DNA from: Nanobdellota archaeon
GTDB lineage: Archaea > Nanobdellota > Nanobdellia > Woesearchaeales > JAGLGH01
Reading direction: 5' to 3'
DNA length: 64,000 bases
Assembly: GCA_034723595.1 (NCBI GenBank)
Contig: JAYEPB010000078.1
Coordinates: 9,592 to 73,591 of the forward strand
How positions within the stretch are numbered: the first letter of the stretch is position 1; each line of letters opens with the position of its first letter. The notes below the pieces were generated by a model. It did no database searches. It saw nothing but the letters and a program-made list of their open reading frames with translations, and had not been told where the DNA came from. Made by a program: the position numbers and the translations under genes. This document shows positions 39,073-48,638 of this stretch, in pieces.

Positions 39073-39684
39073 ATGCTTCAAGATCATCTGGCTAAAAAAC
39101 AACTTGAAGTTATTGATGAGAAATTTGTTGAATGGACTGCTGGCGTAAGTAAAACTGATGCAAGAATTAATATTTTTAATAATCTATTAAATATTCCTTA
39201 TGGAATCAATCTTAATATACATGATGTCAGGAATTGCAGCAGAATTTTTGATGAGAAGATGGCTCATTGTATTCCAAAACATTTTATCTTAGCTCACATG
39301 TTTCAAAAACTGGGTCTAGAAGTTAAGCTAATAAGTATCCCATTTAACTGGAATTCTTTTTCAGAATATCTTCCTAAACAGATAAGAAAAAAGGCAGAGA
39401 ATTTGCCAGACTCTTTGCACTTGGCCTGTGAATGTAAAATCAATAATAGATGGATTTTAGTAGATTGTTCATTGGATTCAAAACTAAAAGCATTAGGATT
39501 TCATATTAATGATAATTGGGATGGATACTCTAATACAATCCCTGCTGTAGTGCCAAATCAGATTTTGAGACACAATACTGTAGATGAAAGACTGGAGTTG
39601 GAAAAGAGATTTTCTGCAAAAAATTGCAATAAAATACAATTCTTTAATCTTTTAAACAGATATCTGGCTCAGTTAAGACTTTAA
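39073..39684 (+). CDS. Transglutaminase-like protein
   Basis: IPY, HCIPKH (Cys), HLACE (His), WILVD (Asp). Confidence 0.75.
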   Translation: MLQDHLAKKQLEVIDEKFVEWTAGVSKTDARINIFNNLLNIPYGINLNIHDVRNCSRIFDEKMAHCIPKHFILAHMFQKLGLEVKLISIPFNWNSFSEYLPKQIRKKAENLPDSLHLACECKINNRWILVDCSLDSKLKALGFHINDNWDGYSNTIPAVVPNQILRHNTVDERLELEKRFSAKNCNKIQFFNLLNRYLAQLRL

Positions 39685-39756
39685 TGTTATTAGCAATATT
39701 ACTCAGAGCCAAATCTAATAGATAAATTTATATAAAAACTGAATCTAATTATAATT

Positions 39757-40077
39757 ATGATTATCAAAGGAAAAGATGCAAATCAAAAAAAAGCAGGAGT
39801 CATGAATATTAATGAATATAAAATAAATTCAGATTTTAGTGGGTCTCTTATTGAAATCAATGGAGATCATGGAGCATTAAAATGCTTAAAAGAAGATAGG
39901 ATTTATTTTATAATTGAAGGTAATGGAAAATTTGTCATTAACAATCAAGAAAGTGCTGTTTCTGCTAATGATTTAATATTCATTTCAAAGAACACTTCTT
40001 ATAATATTATAGGAAAAATGAGATATTTTTTGATTTGCTCACCTGAATTTAATCCTGATGATGATGTATTTTTTTAA
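39757..40077 (+). CDS. Cupin-domain protein
   Basis: DRIYFIIEGNGKF...DLIFI. Confidence 0.8.
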   Translation: MIIKGKDANQKKAGVMNINEYKINSDFSGSLIEINGDHGALKCLKEDRIYFIIEGNGKFVINNQESAVSANDLIFISKNTSYNIIGKMRYFLICSPEFNPDDDVFF

Positions 40078-40085
40078 TATATTTT

Positions 40086-40182
40086 ATACCACCAGTCTGT
40101 GACTGGTGTAATCAAGTAGTATTAAATATGCTCAATAGGGAGTGACCCTCGGCGAAGCCGAGCATGCCACCAGTCACGGACT
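40086..40182. repeat. GC-rich palindromic element (REP/MITE-like)
   Basis: CACCAGTC-TGT-GACTGGTG; CTCGGC-GAA-GCCGAG; second arm CACCAGTCACGGACT complementary to the first. Confidence 0.65.
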
Positions 40183-40282
40183 TTTGACAGCTTTGTTATT
40201 GCTTCACAATATTTTTTAATATTAAAATCCTTAAATTTAATAATCCCAAAAGTTTATAAATAAAGTGTGGTTTCCAATTAAT

Positions 40283-40639
40283 ATGGCAATTGAAAAATAC
40301 TTAGTAAAACGTGAAGTAACATTTCCTGACCATAATAATCCAACGTTTTTTGAAGCACTAATTGTAAATTCAGATAAGTCAATATTAGATTTAGGAGGTC
40401 AAGTACAGTGTGAAGTCTATTCTTCTAATACTCCTTATGAATTAGGGAAGAAGGTGGGTTCAAAAGATAAGAATCAATATCTGGGTGCATATTTTGATGA
40501 TAGGTTACCTCCTGAGTTAAAAACAGTAATGATATTTAAGGATAGGCATATTGTCAGATATTCTCCACTTGGTAATGATGTTAAACACACAGAACAATTT
40601 GATCAAGGGGTTATTGATGCATTGACTTCAGATAAATAA
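40283..40639 (+). CDS. Hypothetical protein
   Basis: ORF with TTTATAAA box about 30 nt upstream of the ATG. Confidence 0.6.
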   Translation: MAIEKYLVKREVTFPDHNNPTFFEALIVNSDKSILDLGGQVQCEVYSSNTPYELGKKVGSKDKNQYLGAYFDDRLPPELKTVMIFKDRHIVRYSPLGNDVKHTEQFDQGVIDALTSDK

Positions 40640-40837
40640 TGGTTTCTCGTATTGAAAACTTTGAAAATCTATAGGGTTTTTCAAAGACTATCTCTCTTGG
40701 GAAAATAGGAATGCAATCGATAATGAAGATGAAGAATATTTTAAGCATAGTTTATTTCCTAAATTCATGAAAGAATCTTATGGTTTAAATATTATAGAAT
40801 AGAAAAGCATTTAAAGAATGTTATTAAATCAAATTCT

Positions 40838-41815
40838 ATGGTAAATTATGAAAAACAACTTGCAAAAACAGCGCTTGACATATCAGCAGTAAAGCTTGAT
40901 CCAAATAATCCTTTCAAGTGGGCATCAGAATATTTTATGCCAATATATAATGACAACAGGATTCTTCTCGGAAGTTTTGAGAACAGAAAACTTGCTTCAG
41001 AGGCTTTGAAGGATATTGTGAAGCGCAAGAATATTGAATATGATATGGTTGCCGGAACACCGACTGCAGGCATAGCTCCAGCAGTAGGGCTTGCTTCTTT
41101 GCTTGATTGTCCGGTTGTTATTCCTGAGAATGGTAGGGTATTTTGTTTTGATGATGAGGTCAATAATTATCTTCTTGGAAGGATTGGGGATTTAGGGGAT
41201 AATTTTGATATGATAGCGAGCACATCTCCCTATGGCATTGTTCCAGGGGTCATGCTTGCAAATAAAATGGAGCTTCCTTTTATCTATGTAAGACCTAAGA
41301 AAAAAGAGCATGGCATGGGCAAGCAGATTGAAGGTGTATCCCCAAAAGACAAGAGGGTATTTCTTGTTGATTATCATATAGGCAATAATTATTTACTTCC
41401 TGCAGTAAGGGCTATACTTAAGGAAAATGGGGGATTGCATGATGTTGTAGGTATAAATGAAAATATTTCTGATATTCTCAAGCCAGTTTCTTTGAAAAAT
41501 AAGTCTGTAATAGCTGTTGAGGATGTTGTCAGTACAGGCGGAAGCTGTGTAAAGGAGATAAATAATTACAGGAAGCTTGGAGCAGATGTAAAGCATTGCT
41601 TGACTCTTTATGGTTATGGTATGAAGAAAGCTTTTGACTTATTTGAGGAAAATGGTGTTGCTTTGGATTCTGCTTATTCGTATGATGCAGTAGTTAGGGA
41701 AGCGGAAGATACAGGATATATCTCAAAGCAGGATGTGAAGCTTCTTAAGGAATGGATCAAAGACCCTTTTGGCTGGGGAGAGAAGCTTGGTTTTAAGAGG
41801 GTTGTTAAGAAATAA
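40838..41815 (+). CDS. pyrE: Orotate phosphoribosyltransferase with internal duplication
   Basis: PFKWAS..MPIYNDNR, YVRPKKKEHG, VEDVVSTGGS, W..DP.GW. Confidence 0.85.
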   Translation: MVNYEKQLAKTALDISAVKLDPNNPFKWASEYFMPIYNDNRILLGSFENRKLASEALKDIVKRKNIEYDMVAGTPTAGIAPAVGLASLLDCPVVIPENGRVFCFDDEVNNYLLGRIGDLGDNFDMIASTSPYGIVPGVMLANKMELPFIYVRPKKKEHGMGKQIEGVSPKDKRVFLVDYHIGNNYLLPAVRAILKENGGLHDVVGINENISDILKPVSLKNKSVIAVEDVVSTGGSCVKEINNYRKLGADVKHCLTLYGYGMKKAFDLFEENGVALDSAYSYDAVVREAEDTGYISKQDVKLLKEWIKDPFGWGEKLGFKRVVKK

Positions 41816-41904
41816 GATTGTTTTCTTTTTCTTCTTTTCTTGCGAAATATTTATATACTTCAACGCATTTGCGTATATTAACGCACAATAAAGAGGTATC
41901 AAAC

Positions 41905-42060
41905 ATGAAAAGATTTACTGTATCTATACCAAAAGAGCTTAAATACAAGTTAGATAAATTACCAGATGTTAACTGGCCAATGGTCATTAGGGATGCAATA
42001 AAGGAAAAAGTAGAAAAACTTGAAAAATTCGAAGCATTAGAAAGAAAGGGTGAATTGTAA
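41905..42060 (+). CDS. Ribbon-helix-helix protein
   Basis: MKRFTVSIPKELK...VNWP.VIR.AI; GAGGT RBS. Confidence 0.75.
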   Translation: MKRFTVSIPKELKYKLDKLPDVNWPMVIRDAIKEKVEKLEKFEALERKGEL

Positions 42061-42363
42061 ATGGTGAGCATTACTGTTCCTTTGGATGACAAGCTTTTTG
42101 TAAAATTAAAGCAATTTTCATGGGTAAACTGGTCTGAGGTTGCAAGGGAGAAATTGATGAAGCGCGAAATCTTTGATAAGTATATAAAAACAAAAAAAAT
42201 ATCTAAAGAGGATGAGAGATTTTGCGAAGAGATTGATTGGCATCCTGTTGATGAACTTCCTTTGAAAAAAGAATTTATCGAAAGACTCAAGAAGGCGCAG
42301 TCTAGACCAGATGGGAAATCAATGACTCCAGAGGAATTTAACAAGTGGTGTGAAGAGTTATGA
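42061..42363 (+). CDS. RHH-containing antitoxin-like protein
   Basis: MVSITVPL...VNWSEVAR; acidic tail MTPEEF. Confidence 0.7.
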   Translation: MVSITVPLDDKLFVKLKQFSWVNWSEVAREKLMKREIFDKYIKTKKISKEDERFCEEIDWHPVDELPLKKEFIERLKKAQSRPDGKSMTPEEFNKWCEEL

Positions 42364-42623
42364 TGCTTGATATTTCAAGGCTTCGGAAGAATTTAGGAAG
42401 ACTCAAAAGCAAAAATCCATCTTTATTCAAAGCTGTTCAGAAGAAGATTAATCAAATCGCTTTTTGTGATGAAATATCTATTGAGCATTTTAAGAATCTT
42501 AAGGGGAACATAAGCGGTCTTAAGCGTGTTCATATTGGCAGCTTTGTCCTTACCTTTCAAGTCAAGAACGGAATGGTAATCTTCTATAATTTTGACCATC
42601 ATGATAGAATATATAACAAATAA
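42360..42623 (+). CDS. RelE/ParE-family toxin
   Basis: KNLKG...KRVHIGSFVL.F...FDHHD.IY. Confidence 0.75.
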   Translation: MMLDISRLRKNLGRLKSKNPSLFKAVQKKINQIAFCDEISIEHFKNLKGNISGLKRVHIGSFVLTFQVKNGMVIFYNFDHHDRIYNK

Positions 42624-42666
42624 AATCAAAAATAATCTCTAAATTAATTAAGAAAAAAATAAGAAA

Positions 42667-44196
42667 TCATTTCTTTTTTCTGATGATGAACAATCCACCC
42701 AATACAGCAATCAATCCCAATCCTAAAGTTATTGTACTGAATTCAGGGATATCAGTAGGAGATACAATCTTTGTATCATTTGCTTCCAATGTCACAAAGT
42801 TTGCTGATGAGCAGGTAACATTATATTCATGTGTTCCAGCTGCTGCAAATGATTTTGTGTAGTTATAATCAGGACTATTAAAATCCATTGTGTACCATGT
42901 TCCTTCGTCATCAAATGTGATATTGCATTCACCAGAGATAGGAGTTCCATCAGTTGAATTAATGTATTCTGCTGTGAATTCAATTGAGTCTAATGCATAT
43001 TTGATTCCTGCTTCTGCTTCTATTGTAAGGTTAGCATCTGCACCTGCTGCAAATCCTGTAAAATGAGCAACATCAACTGTTAATGTGCTTCCTTCGCATT
43101 GGATGTTTGTGCATAATGACTCTGGGCAGCGCTGATTTTCGCTAAGGATTGATGCAAATGTGCTTGCAGTCTTTGAATAGAACACATAAGGCTTATTGCA
43201 GTCAACATTATAGAATGTGAGTGTTGCTGAGTCATTGAAGGATGAGTGCAAAGCTGAGGAATTTACAAAGATAACCTTGTCTTCTATTTTTATATGCGCG
43301 TCATAATCTTCGCCATCTGAATTGATTCCATGATCCTCTGCAAACTGGATTTTGCCTTTCCCTGTTTTTGCAAGAGTCAGGTTTGTTACGTTTGTCACAT
43401 CAACTGCTGAGAAGTTGGTTGTTTCTGTGGATGTGAAGTTTGTGTAGGTTGGCTCATTTGAAGCAGCTGCTGCGCTGTAAGGAATATTTGGCGGCGTGAA
43501 GCCATCACCTTCAGGATCATACATAAGATCATTCGAATCTTCTGTTCTAGCTATACCTTTTGAAATTCTTACCTCATCAAGGTATGCTGCATGATATCTT
43601 AATAATGTTATGTATTCATTAGATGATGTCAGACTATAATCAAATATATCAGACCTCTCTTCTATGCCATCAATATACGCTTTAAGCACGCTGCTTGCTC
43701 TAACAAAAGCAACATGATGCCAGTTACCATCATTAACTCCTGGTGGTAAATTAAACTCTGTCGTATGCTCAGAACCAGCAATATAAGACCTGAATCTCAC
43801 TAGGCCATTTGAGAATGTAATACCCCAATAATCATCACCACCACCAGAATATATTATTTCTGCAAAATTTGAAGCTAGTGTGTTAATCCAAAAATCAATC
43901 GTAAAATCATCTGCCCCAAGAACATTAACACCACTCACATATCTAATCTGAATAGAATTAGCATTCAGGGCACTAGCAGTTAAAGAACTTTGGCCAAATT
44001 TAGATTTCGTAGTTGAATGTCGTGCATCTCCAGTTCCATATATGTTGATTGCAGTCTCACTAGCATCTTCAATGTTAGTGCTTCCATCTTGATGATCTGA
44101 ATGGACAAGGAGTATAGTAAACTCGTCATTACCGCCAGCCAATACAAAACTTCCCAAAAGAAGCCCCATAGCAATCATCAATATTATCTTTTTCAT
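42667..44196 (-). CDS. PEF-CTERM surface protein with LamG/concanavalin-like head
   Basis: Signal peptide; DFTIDFW, WHHVAFVR, YLDEVRISKGIAR; C-terminal IPEFS + TM + RKKK. Confidence 0.85.
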   Translation of the reverse strand: MKKIILMIAMGLLLGSFVLAGGNDEFTILLVHSDHQDGSTNIEDASETAINIYGTGDARHSTTKSKFGQSSLTASALNANSIQIRYVSGVNVLGADDFTIDFWINTLASNFAEIIYSGGGDDYWGITFSNGLVRFRSYIAGSEHTTEFNLPPGVNDGNWHHVAFVRASSVLKAYIDGIEERSDIFDYSLTSSNEYITLLRYHAAYLDEVRISKGIARTEDSNDLMYDPEGDGFTPPNIPYSAAAASNEPTYTNFTSTETTNFSAVDVTNVTNLTLAKTGKGKIQFAEDHGINSDGEDYDAHIKIEDKVIFVNSSALHSSFNDSATLTFYNVDCNKPYVFYSKTASTFASILSENQRCPESLCTNIQCEGSTLTVDVAHFTGFAAGADANLTIEAEAGIKYALDSIEFTAEYINSTDGTPISGECNITFDDEGTWYTMDFNSPDYNYTKSFAAAGTHEYNVTCSSANFVTLEANDTKIVSPTDIPEFSTITLGLGLIAVLGGLFIIRKKK

Positions 44197-45851
44197 TTCA
44201 TATCACCTTTTTTCCTTATTATGAGTAATCCAGCCAGCACAGCAACCAATCCTAATCCAAGTGTCAAAACACTAAACTCAGGAATATCAACACTGCTGAC
44301 CAGCTTTGTATCATTCGCTTCAAGAGTTACAAAGCTTGCAGATGAGCATGTTACATTGTATTCATGTGTTCCAGCTGCTGTGAATCCTGATGATTTTGTG
44401 TAATTGTATTGCGAGCCGTTGTAATCCATTGGATACTCAGCAGTCCAATTATCATCAAAGCTGATGTTGCACTCGCCTGATATTGGAGTTCCATCTGTGC
44501 TGTTGATGTACCATGCATAGAAATCAATAGGGTCGAGAGGATAGAATACTCCTGCCTCTGCTTCGATTGTGAGATTTGCATCTGTTCCTGCTGCGAATCC
44601 TGTAAAGTGCTCAACATCAACTGTCAATGTGCTATCAGTGCATTGGATGTTTGTGCATAAAGGAGCAAGACAGCGCTGATTCTCATTAAGAATTGCTGCA
44701 AATGTGCTCGCAGTCTCTGAATAGAATACATAAGGCTTATTGCAGTCAACATTATAGAATGTTAGTGTTGCAGAATTATTGAAGGTTGAATCCAAAGCTG
44801 CGCTGTTCACATATATCATTGCATTTTCTATCTTTACATTTGTGTCATAATCTTCACCCTCTGCATTGATATTATGGTCAGATGGGAATGCTATTTTTCC
44901 TTTGTCATCAATTGCTAAAGTTAGGTTTGGTACGCTGGATAGAGTGGCTGCTGAGAAGTTTGTTGTTTCTTGGGATGTGAATTCTGTGTATGTTGGATCT
45001 GAAATTGTCACAGCTTGTACGCAGCGAAAGCCGATCTTCCTGTCCGATGCCGAAGGCGCGTCGCTCAGGAGCAGAGCGAAAGCCCCGGCGTTGGCACCGG
45101 CGTCCGAGCCGCCACCCCGGAGGAAAGCATGAACATTCCCAGTTGGATTAGCAGCATTATCATCTGTATATAATCTGCCTACACCATAATCTGCATTCCA
45201 ATTGCTGTTAGATGGCCTAATCTCATCATAAGACAATAAACCATAAGTATTAATAGCTGTAAACTCTATCCATTCGCTGTCAGGGTTGCTGTCATAAGGC
45301 ATTTCTTCAGTTGTGCAGCTTGCGCCAGCGCAAACAATAGTATCATCTGTCCATTCCCAAACATTTCCTGACAAATCCCAGATAGTTCCTCCATTCGAAA
45401 GCGCAAGTTCTGCTTTTGTATCTCTACCTGTGCCAGATTCTGGATCATCCCCATCATAACCTACACTGTCAAGATTCCCCACGTTGCCCCGATATAAACC
45501 GCCGCTGCCAACTGTACTGCCAATAACTCCATCTGCCCAGTTAGCAGTTTGCTGTTCTATATTCCTTGCAATAGTCATCCATTCTGCATTAGTAATCAAA
45601 TGATAGCCAGCTCCAAGGCTTGCGCATTCAGCAATCGCATTAGTTTGCGTGATGCTCGCCCAGGGGGTGCCGTCTGCCTGTGATGTTGCATTTCCGCCAA
45701 CATTCTTTGCCTCATATTTCATAACGCAAAAGTCAGACGTACTATAAGTGGCACTGCCTGGAACTAATACCCAGTTTGCAGGGCATGAGCCTGCTGAAGC
45801 AAATGTTGAAGCCAAAACAATTGCAAATAAAATCAATATAATCTTCTTCAT
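44193..45851 (-). CDS. PEF-CTERM surface protein with FGE-sulfatase/C-type-lectin-fold head; probable DGR target
   Basis: CP..WVLVPG, FCVMKYEA, LITNAEW, DLSGNVWEW, RGG...GFRC; IPEFS + TM + RKK. Confidence 0.85.
   Translation of the reverse strand: MKKIILILFAIVLASTFASAGSCPANWVLVPGSATYSTSDFCVMKYEAKNVGGNATSQADGTPWASITQTNAIAECASLGAGYHLITNAEWMTIARNIEQQTANWADGVIGSTVGSGGLYRGNVGNLDSVGYDGDDPESGTGRDTKAELALSNGGTIWDLSGNVWEWTDDTIVCAGASCTTEEMPYDSNPDSEWIEFTAINTYGLLSYDEIRPSNSNWNADYGVGRLYTDDNAANPTGNVHAFLRGGGSDAGANAGAFALLLSDAPSASDRKIGFRCVQAVTISDPTYTEFTSQETTNFSAATLSSVPNLTLAIDDKGKIAFPSDHNINAEGEDYDTNVKIENAMIYVNSAALDSTFNNSATLTFYNVDCNKPYVFYSETASTFAAILNENQRCLAPLCTNIQCTDSTLTVDVEHFTGFAAGTDANLTIEAEAGVFYPLDPIDFYAWYINSTDGTPISGECNISFDDNWTAEYPMDYNGSQYNYTKSSGFTAAGTHEYNVTCSSASFVTLEANDTKLVSSVDIPEFSVLTLGLGLVAVLAGLLIIRKKGDMK
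45021..45125 (-). repeat. Putative DGR variable repeat (VR)
   Basis: 71 G+C in 100 nt (45021-45120) in an AT-rich genome; encodes FLRGGGSDAGANAGAFALLLSDAPSASDRKIGFRC. Confidence 0.65.
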
Positions 45852-45930
45852 TTTAAATCACCTTTTTTCCAATAAATAATCATAATAACTATATTCTCTA
45901 TATCAATCATATAAAAATCTTCCTAAAAAA

Positions 45931-48453
45931 TCAAATATCCAGCAAACTCTTCTGCACAAAAGTATCGATTTTTTCCTTAATCTTTTTTTCATCTTTTGGC
46001 TCAGGTCTTTTCTTAGTCTTCAATTCTGCATGGATTTTTTCGCCGATTTCATCTTCCATCTCAAGTCGAGTCATTATGATTTTGCTCCTGTCTATAACTC
46101 CAACAGGCACGCCAGCAAGTTTTGCTACCTGTATCCCATAGCTCTTGTCAGTGCTGCCTTCGATGATTTTTCTTAAGAAGATAATCTTATCATCTTTCTC
46201 CTTGACAGCGATGTTGTAGTTCCTTATTCCCTGAAGCTTTTCAGCGAGCTTGTTCATCTGATGGTAATGGGTGGCAAAGAGAGTTTTTGCTTTTATATTG
46301 TCATGTATATATTCTGCGATTGCCCATGCAAGCGAAACTCCGTCATATGTGGAAGTTCCCCTGCCAATCTCATCCAGCACGATGAAAGATCTTGCTGTGG
46401 CATTGTTCAGGATATTTGCAGTTTCAGTCATCTCTACCATAAATGTGGATTGTCCCATAGTAAGATCATCATAAGCGCCAACTCTTGTGAAGATGCGGTC
46501 AACTGTGCAGATTGAGGCTTTTGCTGCAGGAATAAATGAGCCAATCTGTGCCATTATGATAATTAGAGCTGCCTGCCTCATATATGATGATTTGCCAGCC
46601 ATGTTAGGACCTGTTATTATCTGGATGTAATTGCCTGTGTCAATTGAGATGTCATTAGGTATGTAGATATCTTCAAGAGTCTCAAGCACTGGATGCCTGC
46701 TGTCAATTATGTGGATATTGCCTTCTTCATTTATAAATGGCTTTGTATAATTGTTGTCAGCAGCAATTTTTGCAAGATTCGCAATGACATCAAGTTCTGC
46801 AATAGACTGCGCAGTCTGCTGTATCTTGCTTGTCTGCTCTGCTATCTGCTTTATTATAGCCTGGAATATGTTGTATTCAAGGGTATTCAGCTTTTCTTCT
46901 GCGCCAAGAATAAGCTCTTCCTGCTTTTTCAACTCGTCTGTGATATATCTTTCACAATTTACCTGTGTTTGCTTTCTTATGTATTCCTGCGGTACAAGAT
47001 GCAGGTTTGATTTAGTTATTTCTATGAAATATCCGAATACCCTGTTATATTTTATCTTTAGGGATTTTATGCCAGTCTTTTCCTGCTCTTTCTGTTCAAG
47101 ACCTGCAATGTAGTTTTTTCCGTTTTTGGTTATATCCTTTAGTTTTTTAAGCTCTTCATCATATTCTGCTTTTATCAGGTTGCCTTCACGCAGGGATAAT
47201 GGAGGATCATCTTCGATTGCTTTGTTTATGATATCATGGATGTTATCCAGTCCATCCATATCTGCAATATTTTTAAGAATATCAGAATCTGATTCTGCTA
47301 TGATTGTTTTTATCTTGGGTATGAATGACAATGATCTCCTGAGCGCATTGAGGTCTCTTGCGTTTGCTGATCCGTAGCTAATCCTGCTTATCAGCCTTTC
47401 AATATCCAGGATATGCTTGAGATTATCTCTTATGTCTTCCCTTTTTATCATGTCGCTGAATAATTCTTCAACAGCTTCCTGCCTTTTTTTGATGTCTTTT
47501 GTCTCTATAAGCGGTCTGAGAAGCCATTTCTTCATCAGCCTGGATCCCATTGGAGTCTTTGTCTTATCCAGGATGCTTATCAGAGTTCCTCTTAAACTGT
47601 TTTCTCTTATGTTGCTTATCAGCTCAAGGTTGCGCTGTGTGCTTGCGTCAAGCACCATGAATTCAGAATCATTGAACTTTTTTATCTTATTGATATGGGA
47701 TAATGATGTCTTTTGCGTCTCTATGAGGTAGCTTATCAATGCTCCAGATGCAGATATCATCTCTTCTTCATTTGTTATGTCAAATCCCTCAAGATTGATT
47801 ACATTGAAATGCTCTTTAATTGTTTCTTTGCTTTTTTCATCCCAGTAATGCCTGTCATCATAGCCTGAGATTATGGTCCCAAGCTGGCTTATGCTCTTAG
47901 CCCAGTCTGAATCTTCCTGTGATAAGGGTATTATGCATTCGCTGGGTTTGAACCTGTTGAGTTCAGATATAACTTTGTCCATGCTTTCTGCTTTTGAAGT
48001 GAGAAATTCGCCTGTGGAGATGTCAGCTATTGCAATGCCGAATATGTCTTTATCCTTGATTATAGAAAAAATATAGTTGTTGTTTTTCTCGTCAAGCAAG
48101 CAATCTTCTATAATTGTTCCCGGGGTGACAATCCTTACAAGCCCTCTCTTTACAAGGCCTTTTGCTTTTTTAGGATCTTCGAGCTGCTCAACTATCGCTA
48201 CCTTGTAGCCTTTTCTAATCAGTTTTGCAAGGTACTGCTCAAGAGCATGATATGGTATGCCTGCAAGTGGTGCTTTTGTCTCACCCTTTCCTCTTGCTGT
48301 CAGCACTATGTTAAGCTCTCTTGCGACAATCTTTGCATCTTCATAGAATGTTTCATAGAAGTCGCCCATCCTGAATAAGCAGAGGGCATCAGGATTTTGG
48401 TTCTTTATTTCCATATACTGGCGCATGCCTGGTGTAAGCTTCATATTATCCAC
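45931..48453 (-). CDS. mutS: DNA mismatch repair protein MutS (MutS1)
   Basis: TPGMRQY, FRMGDFYE, ITGPNMAGKS, STFMVEM, DEIGRGTST, ATHYH, SYGIQVA. Confidence 0.97.
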   Translation of the reverse strand: MDNMKLTPGMRQYMEIKNQNPDALCLFRMGDFYETFYEDAKIVARELNIVLTARGKGETKAPLAGIPYHALEQYLAKLIRKGYKVAIVEQLEDPKKAKGLVKRGLVRIVTPGTIIEDCLLDEKNNNYIFSIIKDKDIFGIAIADISTGEFLTSKAESMDKVISELNRFKPSECIIPLSQEDSDWAKSISQLGTIISGYDDRHYWDEKSKETIKEHFNVINLEGFDITNEEEMISASGALISYLIETQKTSLSHINKIKKFNDSEFMVLDASTQRNLELISNIRENSLRGTLISILDKTKTPMGSRLMKKWLLRPLIETKDIKKRQEAVEELFSDMIKREDIRDNLKHILDIERLISRISYGSANARDLNALRRSLSFIPKIKTIIAESDSDILKNIADMDGLDNIHDIINKAIEDDPPLSLREGNLIKAEYDEELKKLKDITKNGKNYIAGLEQKEQEKTGIKSLKIKYNRVFGYFIEITKSNLHLVPQEYIRKQTQVNCERYITDELKKQEELILGAEEKLNTLEYNIFQAIIKQIAEQTSKIQQTAQSIAELDVIANLAKIAADNNYTKPFINEEGNIHIIDSRHPVLETLEDIYIPNDISIDTGNYIQIITGPNMAGKSSYMRQAALIIIMAQIGSFIPAAKASICTVDRIFTRVGAYDDLTMGQSTFMVEMTETANILNNATARSFIVLDEIGRGTSTYDGVSLAWAIAEYIHDNIKAKTLFATHYHQMNKLAEKLQGIRNYNIAVKEKDDKIIFLRKIIEGSTDKSYGIQVAKLAGVPVGVIDRSKIIMTRLEMEDEIGEKIHAELKTKKRPEPKDEKKIKEKIDTFVQKSLLDI

Positions 48454-48638
48454 ATTTGATGAATATGGAGATTATTTAAATATGTTGCTAAAAATTTGGG
48501 TTGGAGAATTTTTAAGGGGTATAAGGTGATGGTTTGCTATGGTTTGGGAAATATGTATGACTTCGTTGAATAATTATAAAAAATCATAGAAGTCTAGTTT
48601 AAGAAAGTTATTTAAATCACCATTCAATTCCATAATCC

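Noticed and set aside
44193..45930. Complete DGR cassette in the window
   Set aside because: No reverse transcriptase, Avd or second copy of the repeat found in these 64 kb
46261..48076. Several plus-strand ORFs within mutS, and similar antisense ORFs in hydA, glcD, the helicase and the KaiC-like gene
   Set aside because: Antisense shadows of well-supported genes with no motifs of their own
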